DNA of 64,000 nucleotides from Caldisericia bacterium (GCA_963674785.1 OY771555.1:800001-864000), one strand, 5' to 3'. Counted from the first letter of the stretch, positions 20,301 to 30,072 are shown. The notes: generated by a model not told the origin, from the sequence alone. Program-made: numbers and translations.

Positions 20301-20492
20301 AATCCATTTGATGTTATCATTTTCTGGGATGATAATGGAAACTCTGACAGATTTGAAATCGGTGAGTCCATGGAGCACAATTTCACTCACACCTATGATG
20401 AACCTGGAGAGTATCTCGTAAGAGTATCTGTTGCAGACGAGTACGGGAAAATGGTGAATCTTTATAAGCACATTCACGTAAAGAGCAAATAA
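17367..20492 (+). CDS. Large secreted protein: Trp-rich propeller region + DUF11 + PKD-like domain
   Basis: Signal peptide; FALDP...PVAVW...KWDGAAW; KTAN...VGDVVNYTITVGNDG..A.DVEITD.MP; HTYDEPGEY.V.VSV.D. Confidence 0.85.
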   Translation: MRSRVNIVLVCLLIASMLFVPTTSEAVSLWSEVGLYDYGPGNYIFGNPGFSASPDLFYYENDSTIQSGWIDTYDDGLFLPAYARFNGYSWRNSDYEDTYAVNAAPPSITEYVAGSGVVTYDAGSVTQVKIAPKRDTYGGGLEPHPIMICGWIFQTSKFTGTELYYCDLNESSSLRVWKPVSFTKNHKKDFDVCFDDGYIFLTWLEWDSTSRCYQVMVSRYSYELGRWMPLQNDPQPIHDLILRERATQVTTSIGSKYTPKVQSVKGPSGFQEIPIICWDEDDEILMGKWDPTTNPNPSPHIKGWVDLEGEENRTTNVSNTPNRGSHEPDFALDPNNNNYPVAVWSECNNFGKYDAVGSKWDGAAWKVLENIPNPGHTVIGETVTIGDAGIPRIALLDDSSPVITWQHYYGDTKRSFITIKDGNDFYGIDGNPGYSEINPAQTSAFDVTPYVISNGTEDDEIAINGITYPKSRFFGSQQTNIFYQKITKEPAPDDIEYEVRIVTPGRETGWNEGWFPITKLTDDPEFVEYKITLRNLHENQQNRFFYMHFNSIVRFLSFNVNEVSFSSVPHPLIGPNYPIIGSKLNSYESSYVYLEHNPTPVTAPSYPYESYRRPMKWFQLFHGNDYTKIDEITFILKVEYPNSFSCPYLLMAPGDKNFMPMDDPQFYYTHMYTKEFSDYASPPCPYPNGYDSTQFHNFVGFNTPYKYNNLVVVPDYNDLNACKPAEAFTVTLLSPWGDNVDFLYDLYIENRQELSGINLWFKNPSGESRSGRVVTLLYAIADCSAPANWFTPRVKARFTRKDDQRVIQYDTKDIEILVRRPHLYGSKTANTSMAAVGDVVNYTITVGNDGAGSAYDVEITDIMPHDLEFLNSSIAGKKNGNNVSFVFEEIGPGEEYKIKIACRIRTDAHIKSGDVITNTARISGLEKDLSTNMGITVRGTVPGCEMPQVEMVIDKHKLGESIKAGEEFDCKMLIHRGCNPFDVIIFWDDNGNSDRFEIGESMEHNFTHTYDEPGEYLVRVSVADEYGKMVNLYKHIHVKSK

Positions 20493-20521
20493 AAACTACT
20501 CTGGTAGTTTATCTCATAACA

Positions 20522-20558
20522 AACAAAAACCCCCGAGGATTAATCGGGGGTTTTTGTT
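20522..20558. terminator. Bidirectional intrinsic terminator
   Basis: aacaaaaacccccga/tcgggggtttttgtt between convergent genes. Confidence 0.85.
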
Positions 20559-20584
20559 ATATACATGCAATTGGGCTGAACTGT

Positions 20585-21802
20585 CTACTCAGTCATCTCT
20601 TCCTGTGTCATCGGTCTTCCGCCTATATCGAACCTTTTGATAAGACCCGCAACTGAGACCACAAAGATTTTGTCATTCAAAATTGCAGGGCTGCTGACAA
20701 ACAGATGCTCCTCTCTTGCCTCTTTTAGACCAAACCTATTATGCCAAACCCACTGTCCATTTGAGGTTGAGCCAACATAAAACCTTCCATCACCAGCCCC
20801 AAAATAGACATAGTCATTCCCAATCAAAACTGGTGCTTTAATCGGGAATGTTACGCCAAGCGACCACAAAAATGAAAGCCCATTTACACTGTCTGTAAGA
20901 GCAATCACGTTGCCATGCTCTGTTGTTGTACAGATAATGTTCATGTAAACTGAGGCTCCAGTTATCAGCTTTGCACCATATTCTGTTGAATCAACAATCT
21001 CACCCGATGGAGTTGGTGCATTGTATGAGTAACTCTCGAGAACATCTCCGTTTTTATCATCGATTTTGTAAAGATTTCCATCAACCGCAAAAATACTGCT
21101 CCTCTGACAAGAAACGGGGGCAATTAAATCATCTTTCAAATACAGACTCCAGGCTTCAACCAAATCATAATCATTGAATGCTATCAGCTGCTTTCCGGCA
21201 ACAAGATACAGATATTTCTGCAGGGTTGGTGCCTGTGTGAAAGTATGCTTATCATAGTCCTTGTGGAAAACCTGACCGCCTTTTGATTCTTCCAGGCAGT
21301 AAAGATCGTGTTCAGTTACAAACCAAAGTTTTCCACCATCATTGAGCGGATATCCGACAACCTCTCCCTCGAGCTCAGATTCCCAAATTGAATTACCATC
21401 TGAGATATTCAAAGCCAACATTTTGTTATCAACACCCAGGTAAACCATGTTTGCACCAATGATTGGCTGTGAAATATTGTTACCCAGTTTTTTGCTCCAA
21501 ACAACCTCGCCAGTTTCTGTTGAAAGGCAGTATATATTACCGTTGTCATCTGGAATCACCAAAGCACCACCGGCAACAACAGGAGAAAAACTTGTTTTGT
21601 TGGGGAGAGTTTTTTCCCAAGTGACAGCAAATGAGGGACTCGGTGAAAAGGGTGAAGTACCACTGTTGTAGATTGAGCCGAGAGGATATTTCCAAGTAGC
21701 ATTACCATCCTCAGTGTTGATTACAACTTTTCCCGCTCCACACCCGGAAATCAAAGTTACAAATAGCAAAATGGCAAGACAAGATGATAAATGTTTTCTC
21801 AT
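20585..21802 (-). CDS. PQQ-like beta-propeller lipoprotein
   Basis: Lipobox ISGC; repeats such as SPVV...IYCLSTETGEVVW and APVL...VYFGAGDGRFY. Confidence 0.85.
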   Translation of the reverse strand: MRKHLSSCLAILLFVTLISGCGAGKVVINTEDGNATWKYPLGSIYNSGTSPFSPSPSFAVTWEKTLPNKTSFSPVVAGGALVIPDDNGNIYCLSTETGEVVWSKKLGNNISQPIIGANMVYLGVDNKMLALNISDGNSIWESELEGEVVGYPLNDGGKLWFVTEHDLYCLEESKGGQVFHKDYDKHTFTQAPTLQKYLYLVAGKQLIAFNDYDLVEAWSLYLKDDLIAPVSCQRSSIFAVDGNLYKIDDKNGDVLESYSYNAPTPSGEIVDSTEYGAKLITGASVYMNIICTTTEHGNVIALTDSVNGLSFLWSLGVTFPIKAPVLIGNDYVYFGAGDGRFYVGSTSNGQWVWHNRFGLKEAREEHLFVSSPAILNDKIFVVSVAGLIKRFDIGGRPMTQEEMTE

Positions 21803-21870
21803 ATACGACTCTACTCCTGATTATAGTTTCGAAAACAGTATAGGCAAAAACAGAAAATTGTTCCAGAAAT

Positions 21871-22959
21871 CTACTTTTCTGATGTGATCCTGTCAACAGA
21901 AGTACCCAGGTACTCAACATCAGAAACGGTATTTAAAAAGCCAAGACCAACCCTGATTACTCCCTCTGGATGAAGTTTGATCGCTTTACAAGCGCCCGGG
22001 TTTCCAAACATCCCATGTCCAACAACAATCCCAAACCGCTCTTCAAGCATTCCTGCAATTGTGTTTGGCATATGTTTGTTGACGGTAAAACTCAGAATCG
22101 AGGAAGAGGAAGAGCCTGGAGGGGTTATGATTTCAACCCTTCTGCACATCTCAAGCACACCCTGCAAAACAGTTCCGAGACCTTTGATATGGTTTTTTAT
22201 TCGCTCAGGGTTTTCAGCCAAAACAAAGTCTACCCCCGCTGCAACAGACACTATGCCAAGAATGTTTTCTGAGGAATAAAAATCCATCAGATCAAGGTTT
22301 TTAAACTTGTTCTTCAGGCTTGGATTGATGTAAAGCCCAGCAATTCCACCCACTCCATAAAGATGTTTGTGAGTTGAGAAATAAGCAATGTCTACGCCAA
22401 GCTCAGTAATATCTATAGGCATTGAACCAATTGAATCAGAAAGATCACAAACAATAACGGTTTTCTTCTCTTTACAATGAGCAGCAATTCTGGATATTGG
22501 AAGTCTTATTCCAGTGATTGAGTTAACATGTGAGATAGCTAAAAGCTTCACATCATTAACTCTTGCAAGCTGGGGAACTTTCAAACTGAATCTTTTATCC
22601 ACAGGGATCTTTACGATATCAACCCCTCTGCCGGATGTAATATTTATGAGGTTTGAGTTGGCAAGTTCATCACCAGATGAAACAACCATCCTGTCACCCG
22701 CAGCTAAAAATTCTCCAATAATCTTGTCTTGGATGAATGAAACATTCGGAGCAAAATAAATATCATCAGGATGAACTGAAAGGAGCTTTGCAAGACCATT
22801 TCTGGCATCACTGATTTTAGATGAGGTTATCTTGGTAAAACTGTTTGATTCACCTGTAGTTTTGATAACTCCTGTGTCCTTCATGTATCCAGACACAGCT
22901 GCCTGAACCGATGGCACCTTTGGAAAAGTTGATGAGTTATTGTTTAGATATACCGGCAT
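21871..22959 (-). CDS. Class-V PLP aminotransferase / cysteine-desulfurase-like protein (divergent)
   Basis: YLNNNSSTFPK, SHVNSITG, FSTHKHLYG, G.IRVGLGFLNT.SDV. Confidence 0.8.
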   Translation of the reverse strand: MPVYLNNNSSTFPKVPSVQAAVSGYMKDTGVIKTTGESNSFTKITSSKISDARNGLAKLLSVHPDDIYFAPNVSFIQDKIIGEFLAAGDRMVVSSGDELANSNLINITSGRGVDIVKIPVDKRFSLKVPQLARVNDVKLLAISHVNSITGIRLPISRIAAHCKEKKTVIVCDLSDSIGSMPIDITELGVDIAYFSTHKHLYGVGGIAGLYINPSLKNKFKNLDLMDFYSSENILGIVSVAAGVDFVLAENPERIKNHIKGLGTVLQGVLEMCRRVEIITPPGSSSSSILSFTVNKHMPNTIAGMLEERFGIVVGHGMFGNPGACKAIKLHPEGVIRVGLGFLNTVSDVEYLGTSVDRITSEK

Positions 22960-23484
22960 CTACCTAATCACCATACTCACAATAAACATTACCATCGAAG
23001 CGGAAAGACCAAGAACTACAAGGGTGTTTGTGACTGATTGGACGATATGTGTTTGAATCACAGCATCTGGAAAAGTTCGAGGTAAAAGAGTGAGCAATCT
23101 CTTTGAATCATCATATTCTCTAGAATCGATGACACCACCACTTGGGAATTTTATCTGAAATCTCGCTTCTTTATCTGTACCAAATCTCATGATGTTGATT
23201 TCAGTCGGAGTATCAATCTTTTTCCCGTCAATGAATAATTCACCATTATCAGAGTCGATTTCAATTCCTCTATGCTCAGTATCCGATTTTATTTTCGGTA
23301 AGAGATAAAACGCACAGATAATCAGCGTTCCTACACCAATATAGGTCGGAAACATCGTGCCGGGTTTAAAGATTGAAAAGAGTAAATTTGATAGTGTTGT
23401 TATCAACAAAAAGACAGTTCCTGCAAGAAAAACGGGCTCAATAATTGCCACACTCGACCTGATGTACTGAAATCTCTTTTTCAT
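22960..23484 (-). CDS. Hypothetical membrane protein
   Basis: Three hydrophobic segments; abuts the downstream gene. Confidence 0.7.
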   Translation of the reverse strand: MKKRFQYIRSSVAIIEPVFLAGTVFLLITTLSNLLFSIFKPGTMFPTYIGVGTLIICAFYLLPKIKSDTEHRGIEIDSDNGELFIDGKKIDTPTEINIMRFGTDKEARFQIKFPSGGVIDSREYDDSKRLLTLLPRTFPDAVIQTHIVQSVTNTLVVLGLSASMVMFIVSMVIR

Positions 23485-23493
23485 GTGGATGTT

Positions 23494-23553
23494 AATCTAG
23501 CATAATAAATGAAAATCTTCAACTATTGAAAGTTCGGCAGATGACACTATTAT
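23494..23553. promoter_or_regulatory. Back-to-back divergent sigma70-type promoters
   Basis: Minus strand TTGAAG-17-TAGATT (23522-23494); plus strand TTGAAA-16-TATTAT (23526-23553). Confidence 0.5.
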
Positions 23554-26500
23554 GTTCCAAGTGTCTATTGAGTCAGTGACAATAAAAGGGTTTAAAACCT
23601 TTGCAAAATCTGTAAAATTCAAACTCTCGGATCGATTGACGGGTGTTGTTGGGCCAAACGGTTCTGGAAAAAGCAACCTTGTTGATGCAATCAGATGGGG
23701 TATTGGTGAAAAAGCCCTAAACCTTCTGCGTGTAGGTAAACCTTCGGATATTATCTACGCTGGGATTGCTGAAAGAAAGCCCCTTTCAATGGCAGAAGTC
23801 TCAATAAGGTTGGACAACAAAAGTGGTCTTTATCCAATTGAAGCAGATGAGGTTTTGATAACCCGTCGAATCTTCAAGGACGGCGAAACCGAATTTGTAA
23901 TAAACGACAAGTCATGCAGACTCAAGGATATAGGTGATCTCTTCCGAGGGACAGGTCTTGGAAAACAAACCTATTCGGTTGTCGGGCAGGGTGAGGTTGA
24001 CCTCGTTCTTTCTGCAACTCCAGGTGAAAGACTTCGAACAATGGAGGAGCTTGCAGGTGTTGATATTCTGCGTGGCACAAAAAGAAGCGTCGAGAGAAAG
24101 CTTGAAAATGCTGGTGTTGAAATGGGTAGAATCAGTGCCAGTCTTTCTGAACAAAAGCATAACTACGAGAGGCTTCGTGTTCAAAGTGAGGTTCTCTCAA
24201 AATACAAAACAATCAGCGATAGGGTAACTCATCTCAAACTTCAGCTTTTGCTCATTGAAATAAAAGAAATCAACATAGAGCTTGAGTCACTGACATCTAG
24301 ATACAAAATTATCGGTATCAAACAGAAGGAAAGTGACGATGAGCTTGAAAGTCTCGAGACAAGTTCCGAAATAAAGACACAGATTGCAAAACTTGACGAG
24401 GAACGCGAGAAGGTTGTCGAAGAGCGTGAAGCCGCACTTGTTGTCAAAACCAGAAAACAATCTGAACTCGAACATAAACGTGAGAGAATAAAATATCTTG
24501 TGGATCAAATCCAAAAACAAATCCTTGAGCTTGAGTCAGGAAAAAAGGACATAATCTCAAAAGAGAATTCGATAAAGAAACTTACAGAAGAGATTGATGT
24601 TGCAAAAAACGAGGTTGAAAGACTCAAGGCTGAACGTGAAAAAATTGAAAAACCAAAAATCGATGAGGGTGATGACAGGAAACAGAGAAATGAAATCACC
24701 GGAAGACTCGACCAGAACAAGAAAAATGCAAATAAGATTCGAGGGGACATCTCGTCGTGTGAATCGGTTCTAACTGTAACTCGGGAAAGAATCAGACAGA
24801 CAACCGCGGCAATTGCCGAACTCGAAAACATCACATACGAAGAAATCAAAGACGAAAATACCGAAGAGAATATCAGAAAAATCAATGATGAGATAAGAAA
24901 ACTGAATGAATCACAAGCAGAACTTTCGGATAAAAAAGATAAAATAGGTGAAAAGATAGCACACCTAAACGCTGAGATAAAATCCACAGAAAAACAGCTT
25001 GCAAAAAACAAAAAATTACTCGACAGTCTCTCTTTCCTCCCATCGAAAACCGGAAAACCTGTGTTGCCATCGGAACTTGATCTTAGCGAATTCAGCGATG
25101 AGGAAAAGACGTTTATCAAAAACAATCTGGATTGGATAGTCGCAGGAGATGATGCCCCAGAAATCATGGCAAACATCCCTGAAAACTCTGGTGTAACCGT
25201 TGTTCTTGGTGTGCCTACTTTTAAACTCACAGAAAACATCAAGTCAGCTCTTACAAATTCACAGAGTGTCCAACTCACAAAAGATGGATTCATAGTGATT
25301 GAAGGAAAATATATCCTTCAGAAATCGGCTGGGATAAGCGAGATTTCAATAGAAACCGAGATTTCTGAAAATACAAAAACAATTGCCGACCATAAGTTGG
25401 AAACTGGAAAACTTGAATCTGAGATTTCTACAATTGTTTCTGAAATTGAAAAAACAAAACAGGAAGTTGTTGGAAAAAACCAAGAAAAATCTGAACTCGT
25501 AAGAATTCAAACTGAGATAAAAACTAAAAAAGAACAACAAGAAAGACTTAAGGAAAAGAATAAGCTTGAGCTTGAGAGGAAGAAATCTGGACTCTCAGAC
25601 TTCAAAAAAACTGAGGATGAAAAAACTGATGAACTCTCAGAGCTTCAAAAAAACCTTGCAAAGGCTGTCTCTTCAATCCGAGAGGTAGGAGATGAGCTTT
25701 CCGACTTCGATTCAAAACGCCTGAGTCGTGAAAAGGAAAGAGCTGAGTTTGAAAGGGTTTACGCTGCTGCAACCCGAGAGGTTGATGTAGCTGCAAATAC
25801 ACTCAAAGAAACAGAGCAAAATCTTGAGCGAACAAAGAAAGAGTTAACCGAACAAACACAGTATCTGGCAGACCTTGAGAGTAGCTCAAAGAGCATGGAG
25901 AAGGAATCCAAGCTTCTGACAGAAAACATCATCGAAACAGAGCGTGAGTTGAACACTGCAAACATGACAATTGTCAGAACTGAACGACTCGAAAAAGAAT
26001 CAATTGAAAAAAGGGAAGCACTCAAAGCAGACGATCTGGAACGTGAAAACAAGATAAAAACAGTACGCGCAAGAATCGGAAGATATTCTGCTGAAAAACA
26101 TAAAATCGAACTGAAACAGGTTGAATTCAGAACCAAAAGAGACCGCCTTGTAACTGACATCAGTGAACTTGGGGGGGACCCAGATGCCAGAATCGAAGAG
26201 GTGGATGTTGACGAGATGAAGGCTGAACTCTCCAGCAAAACCAGACAGCTTGCTGAATACGGTGCAGTCAACATGAAAGCTGAAGAGGAGGCAAAATCAG
26301 CCTCTGAAAGGCTTCACTTTATCGAAGGTCAACTCAATGACCTTGCACAGACTGAGGCAAACCTTCGCACATCACTTGCGGAGCTTGAAGCAAAAATCAA
26401 AGAGAATTTCGAGACGATCTACCGCTCAGTTGAAAAGGAATTCAGGAGATTGGCAGATGTTCTTTTCCCTGGAGCAATTGGAAACTTGAAACGTGTTAAG

Positions 26501-26878
26501 GATGAAAACGATGAAACCATCGGTGTTCAGGTTGAGTTCATGTTGCCGGGAAGACGTATGAAAAGCCTTCACGCACTTTCTGGTGGCGAAAAAACACTTG
26601 GAGCATTGGCCCTTCTTTTTGCATTCTTCAGAACAAAAAGCTCTCCATTTTGTGTGCTTGATGAGGTTGATGCAGCACTCGATGACAACAATATTGAGAG
26701 ATTTACAAGACTGCTTCGAACAGAAGCCAAAGATACACAATTTGTCGTAATCACACACAACAAGGAAACAATGAGATGGTGCGACACTTTATATGGAATC
26801 ACCATGGATGCAACAGGAACCTCAATGGTGGTTGGAGTACAACTTGATGAGAAAGATAAACAGACAGCAACTGATTGA
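23552..26878 (+). CDS. smc: Chromosome segregation protein SMC (start may be GTG 23561)
   Basis: GFKTF, GPNGSGKSN, long coiled coils, LSGGEK, LDEVDAALD, QFVVITH. Confidence 0.93.
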   Translation: MFQVSIESVTIKGFKTFAKSVKFKLSDRLTGVVGPNGSGKSNLVDAIRWGIGEKALNLLRVGKPSDIIYAGIAERKPLSMAEVSIRLDNKSGLYPIEADEVLITRRIFKDGETEFVINDKSCRLKDIGDLFRGTGLGKQTYSVVGQGEVDLVLSATPGERLRTMEELAGVDILRGTKRSVERKLENAGVEMGRISASLSEQKHNYERLRVQSEVLSKYKTISDRVTHLKLQLLLIEIKEINIELESLTSRYKIIGIKQKESDDELESLETSSEIKTQIAKLDEEREKVVEEREAALVVKTRKQSELEHKRERIKYLVDQIQKQILELESGKKDIISKENSIKKLTEEIDVAKNEVERLKAEREKIEKPKIDEGDDRKQRNEITGRLDQNKKNANKIRGDISSCESVLTVTRERIRQTTAAIAELENITYEEIKDENTEENIRKINDEIRKLNESQAELSDKKDKIGEKIAHLNAEIKSTEKQLAKNKKLLDSLSFLPSKTGKPVLPSELDLSEFSDEEKTFIKNNLDWIVAGDDAPEIMANIPENSGVTVVLGVPTFKLTENIKSALTNSQSVQLTKDGFIVIEGKYILQKSAGISEISIETEISENTKTIADHKLETGKLESEISTIVSEIEKTKQEVVGKNQEKSELVRIQTEIKTKKEQQERLKEKNKLELERKKSGLSDFKKTEDEKTDELSELQKNLAKAVSSIREVGDELSDFDSKRLSREKERAEFERVYAAATREVDVAANTLKETEQNLERTKKELTEQTQYLADLESSSKSMEKESKLLTENIIETERELNTANMTIVRTERLEKESIEKREALKADDLERENKIKTVRARIGRYSAEKHKIELKQVEFRTKRDRLVTDISELGGDPDARIEEVDVDEMKAELSSKTRQLAEYGAVNMKAEEEAKSASERLHFIEGQLNDLAQTEANLRTSLAELEAKIKENFETIYRSVEKEFRRLADVLFPGAIGNLKRVKDENDETIGVQVEFMLPGRRMKSLHALSGGEKTLGALALLFAFFRTKSSPFCVLDEVDAALDDNNIERFTRLLRTEAKDTQFVVITHNKETMRWCDTLYGITMDATGTSMVVGVQLDEKDKQTATD

Positions 26879-27674
26879 TGAGATAGCAAAACTCTGCATC
26901 AAAGCAAATAGAGAGTTGCCAGATCATCAAATCGAATTACTAAAAAAAGCAAGAGAAAATGAAGAAACAGAACTTCATAGAGAGCTTCTGGGTCAGGTTC
27001 TTGAAAATGCTGAGCTTGCAAGAAACACAGAACTCCCAATCTGCCAGGATTGCGGGATGGCTGTTGTAATTCTCAAAGTTGGCCGTGAATGCTTCCTGGA
27101 TTTTGATATTGATCAGGTCATTAATGTTGGTGTAGCAAAAGGTTATACCGAAGGTTACCTTCGAGCTTCAATGCTTTTTTCTCCTTTGGATAGAAGAAAC
27201 ACTGAAAACAATACAAAAGCAATCATTCATACTGAACTTGTTGCTGGTGATAAGGTTGAAGTTATTGTTTGCCCAAAGGGTGGCGGTTCTGAAAACGCTA
27301 GTCGTGTAAAGATGCTCACACCCGCAGATGGCCGACAGGGAATAGTTGATTTTGTTGTTGATGCTGTCAAAAACAAAGGTGCATCCGCTTGTCCTCCGCT
27401 GACACTTGGTGTTGGAATTGGTGGAACAATTGAGCATGTGGCAAGACTAGCAAAATTCGCACTTCTTGAAGAAAAACCAAGTGATGAGTTCGCCGATCTC
27501 GAAGCAGAAATCACAGAAAAATGTAACCAGTTAGGAATTGGCGTTGGTGGATTTGGTGGCAAATCAACAGTACTTGCTACTCACGTTTTGAGTCACAGTT
27601 GTCATATTGCGACCCTTCCTGTTGCTGTCAACATTCAATGTCATGCTGCACGCCACGCGAGGGGGATTATATGA
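26847..27674 (+). CDS. Class I fumarate hydratase / tartrate dehydratase alpha subunit
   Basis: PICQDCG, PKGGGSEN, ACPP..GVGIGG, HIATLPVAVNIQCHAAR. Confidence 0.93.
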   Translation: MRKINRQQLIDEIAKLCIKANRELPDHQIELLKKARENEETELHRELLGQVLENAELARNTELPICQDCGMAVVILKVGRECFLDFDIDQVINVGVAKGYTEGYLRASMLFSPLDRRNTENNTKAIIHTELVAGDKVEVIVCPKGGGSENASRVKMLTPADGRQGIVDFVVDAVKNKGASACPPLTLGVGIGGTIEHVARLAKFALLEEKPSDEFADLEAEITEKCNQLGIGVGGFGGKSTVLATHVLSHSCHIATLPVAVNIQCHAARHARGII

Positions 27675-28177
27675 AGACAATCAAACTGACAACCCCAATA
27701 AACAGAGAAGATTTCAAAAAAATGGAGAAGGGTGACCTTGTTCTTATAACCGGTGAGATATATACCGCAAGAGATACAGCCCACAAAATAATCACATGTG
27801 ATGGAAATGTCCCATTTGACTTGAATGATAAAATCATCTATTACGCAGGCCCTGCCCCTGCTCCTCCCGGTAGACCAATCGGTTCAATAGGACCCACAAC
27901 ATCAAGCAGGATGGATGTTTATACCGAAAGAATGCTTCAACTTGGGGTTGCCATAAAAATTGGCAAAGGCCCTCGAAGCCCCGAAACCGAAAAGGTTTTT
28001 AAGGATAACAATGCAATCTATCTTTCAGCACTTGGTGGAGCTGGCGCACTGCTTGCGACAAAGGTAAAAAAAGCTGAGCTGGTCGCATTCCCGCACCTTG
28101 GCCCAGAGGCAATCTACAGGCTTGAGGTCGAGGACTTTCCTGCGATTGTGGTGGTTGATACAACTCCATCATGCTGA
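27671..28177 (+). CDS. Class I fumarate hydratase / tartrate dehydratase beta subunit
   Basis: TARDTAH, YYAGP, GPTTSSRMD, IGKG, LGPEAIY; ATGA overlap with alpha subunit. Confidence 0.93.
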   Translation: MKTIKLTTPINREDFKKMEKGDLVLITGEIYTARDTAHKIITCDGNVPFDLNDKIIYYAGPAPAPPGRPIGSIGPTTSSRMDVYTERMLQLGVAIKIGKGPRSPETEKVFKDNNAIYLSALGGAGALLATKVKKAELVAFPHLGPEAIYRLEVEDFPAIVVVDTTPSC

Positions 28178-28221
28178 ACTGAGATTGTTCCCAATTTTGC
28201 GATAGCAAAAATTCGGAAGAA

Positions 28222-28260
28222 TGTCATTCCAGACTTGATCGGGAATCCAGGATTACTTTT
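28222..28260. repeat. REP facing the downstream lipoprotein gene
   Basis: tgtcattccagacttgatcgggaatccagg followed by attactttt (start of REPIN spacer). Confidence 0.8.
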
Positions 28261-28344
28261 GGTTAATACGTTTGAATTCGACAAGACAATTTGTTTGATG
28301 TAAAATAAACCCCGCTATTAAGAAATCATTGGTTGGAGTGAAAA

Positions 28345-29610
28345 ATGAGAAAAAACAAAATCTTCTTGAAAACCATAGTAATACTTTTCGCTATTACCAT
28401 GTTTGCATCCTGTGTACATACAGAATCTCTAAAAGTTGTGAAGGTATCTGATTCAAAAATTGATGGAGATTTTGTCGGATATTTTTCAGGAAATCTCGGG
28501 AAAGACGTTAGATTTCCTGTGTTTGCTGATAAAAACATCCTCAGAATTCAAAGTGACATTGACCCAACCCAAACAAAGAAAGAAATTGAATTTGATGGAA
28601 AGATTCTGAGCTTCTGTAACCAAATATTCCTGGATTATTATGATGAGAATTCAAAAGATGCGTTTTGTGTAGTAATAGAACATGAAAATGGAAATGAAAT
28701 CATTGGATACAAATTACCAACTTCAGATTCTGATCATATTTCAGATGAAATATTTGGACATGAAAAAGCTGAAAAAGTAAGAGAGCTTGAGGAATACAAC
28801 AACATCGAAATCTCATTTAGAATTAAAAATACAAGAATCGCAAATATCATCTATATTGATTCTGAAAACAGAGAGATTGTTGGCTCTGACCAAAATAGTA
28901 AAAGCTTGATAACAAGAAAAATAGACTTCACCGAAATAGCTGACAGTATCAGTTTTAGGAGTGTATTTTTTGACCCATTAGGTGTAACAAAGGATTACAT
29001 TATTGGTCTTGAAGAAGAAACATACTATATAATCGACAAAATTAAGAAAACCATTATTGATAAGGTTTCTGTCGAGAAATTGAATGAAGCGAACAATATT
29101 TCAAAATTTCATGGGAAAATAGAACCTTATTTTCTCAACCATAAAGTTTTTGAAAATGTCCTTTTTCAAATTGGTGACTCCATGTTCCTGTTCCTTGATG
29201 ATTATGGTTATGGACAATCCGATCTTTCCAAAAAAACCTACAAAAATAGATTAAATAACTCATCTCAAACTCCAGTTATTTCAACATCAAAAGGCATTTT
29301 TCTAACATCCAATGATCTTAAAGAAAGCAAAAAATTAGCTGCAGGCTCGAACTATAACCATATTTCTTCATACTCCAATCTTCCTCTTTCAGAAACCACT
29401 ACCGATGTTTTCGAATCATATGATGACAAAAAAGACAAAACACAAATACTATTGATAATTAATCAAAATGACCACATTTTGAAAAAAACTACAATTAAAA
29501 AATCAAAGCTTATTGAGGGAAATATTCAAGATTCATTTTTTGTGGCTAGTTATCTCCCATACAAACTATATTTGGAAACAAGTGAAGGTTTGTACTATAT
29601 TGATTTGTGA
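28345..29610 (+). CDS. Hypothetical lipoprotein
   Basis: Lipobox FASC; AT-rich ORFan. Confidence 0.75.
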   Translation: MRKNKIFLKTIVILFAITMFASCVHTESLKVVKVSDSKIDGDFVGYFSGNLGKDVRFPVFADKNILRIQSDIDPTQTKKEIEFDGKILSFCNQIFLDYYDENSKDAFCVVIEHENGNEIIGYKLPTSDSDHISDEIFGHEKAEKVRELEEYNNIEISFRIKNTRIANIIYIDSENREIVGSDQNSKSLITRKIDFTEIADSISFRSVFFDPLGVTKDYIIGLEEETYYIIDKIKKTIIDKVSVEKLNEANNISKFHGKIEPYFLNHKVFENVLFQIGDSMFLFLDDYGYGQSDLSKKTYKNRLNNSSQTPVISTSKGIFLTSNDLKESKKLAAGSNYNHISSYSNLPLSETTTDVFESYDDKKDKTQILLIINQNDHILKKTTIKKSKLIEGNIQDSFFVASYLPYKLYLETSEGLYYIDL

Positions 29611-29632
29611 GACTCTAGGGATTGAACCTTTA

Positions 29633-30072
29633 TCTCATGCTTCCTTCGGTGCGAGCCACTTCCGATCCCGCATCAAGTGGGGGATGATGGATCGGGCATC
29701 TAAATCTCGTCATTCCGGGCTTGACCCGGAATCCCATCCCCCCTCGTCATTCCCGACTTGATCGGGAATCCAGGATTGCTTTTGATTCATGAAATATTTT
29801 GTGGGGAATTTGTTGATGATGGTCAAACAATTTCACCATACAAATTGGTTACACTTTCTTATGCCCTGGTTTCCAGCGTTCGCTGGAAAGACGTGGGAAG
29901 GTACTGAAAAGACGTAAAGAAGAGATGGAAATACTTTAACCCTCCCTGGCGACTTCGTCACCATCCCTCCCTGAAAGGGAGGGCTTTTAAACCCATCATT
30001 CTTGGCTACTCTCCCACTTCATGCCAAGCGGTTACTGAGCCCATCGAAGCGTGATGCGAAACGGGAATGACA
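29633..30072. repeat. Composite REP cluster including a reverse REPIN copy (29745-29893) and a CCCTCCC palindrome (29935-29991)
   Basis: gatcccgcatcaagtgggggatgatg; cgtcattccgggcttgacccggaatcc; cgtcattcccgacttgatcgggaatccagg...ccctggtttccagcgttcgctggaaagacg. Confidence 0.88.

Noticed and set aside
24505-26274. Long antisense ORFs inside smc (similarly 36252..36968, 58232..58870)
   Set aside because: Shadow ORFs from codon bias of the sense genes; Ser/Phe-rich with no motifs
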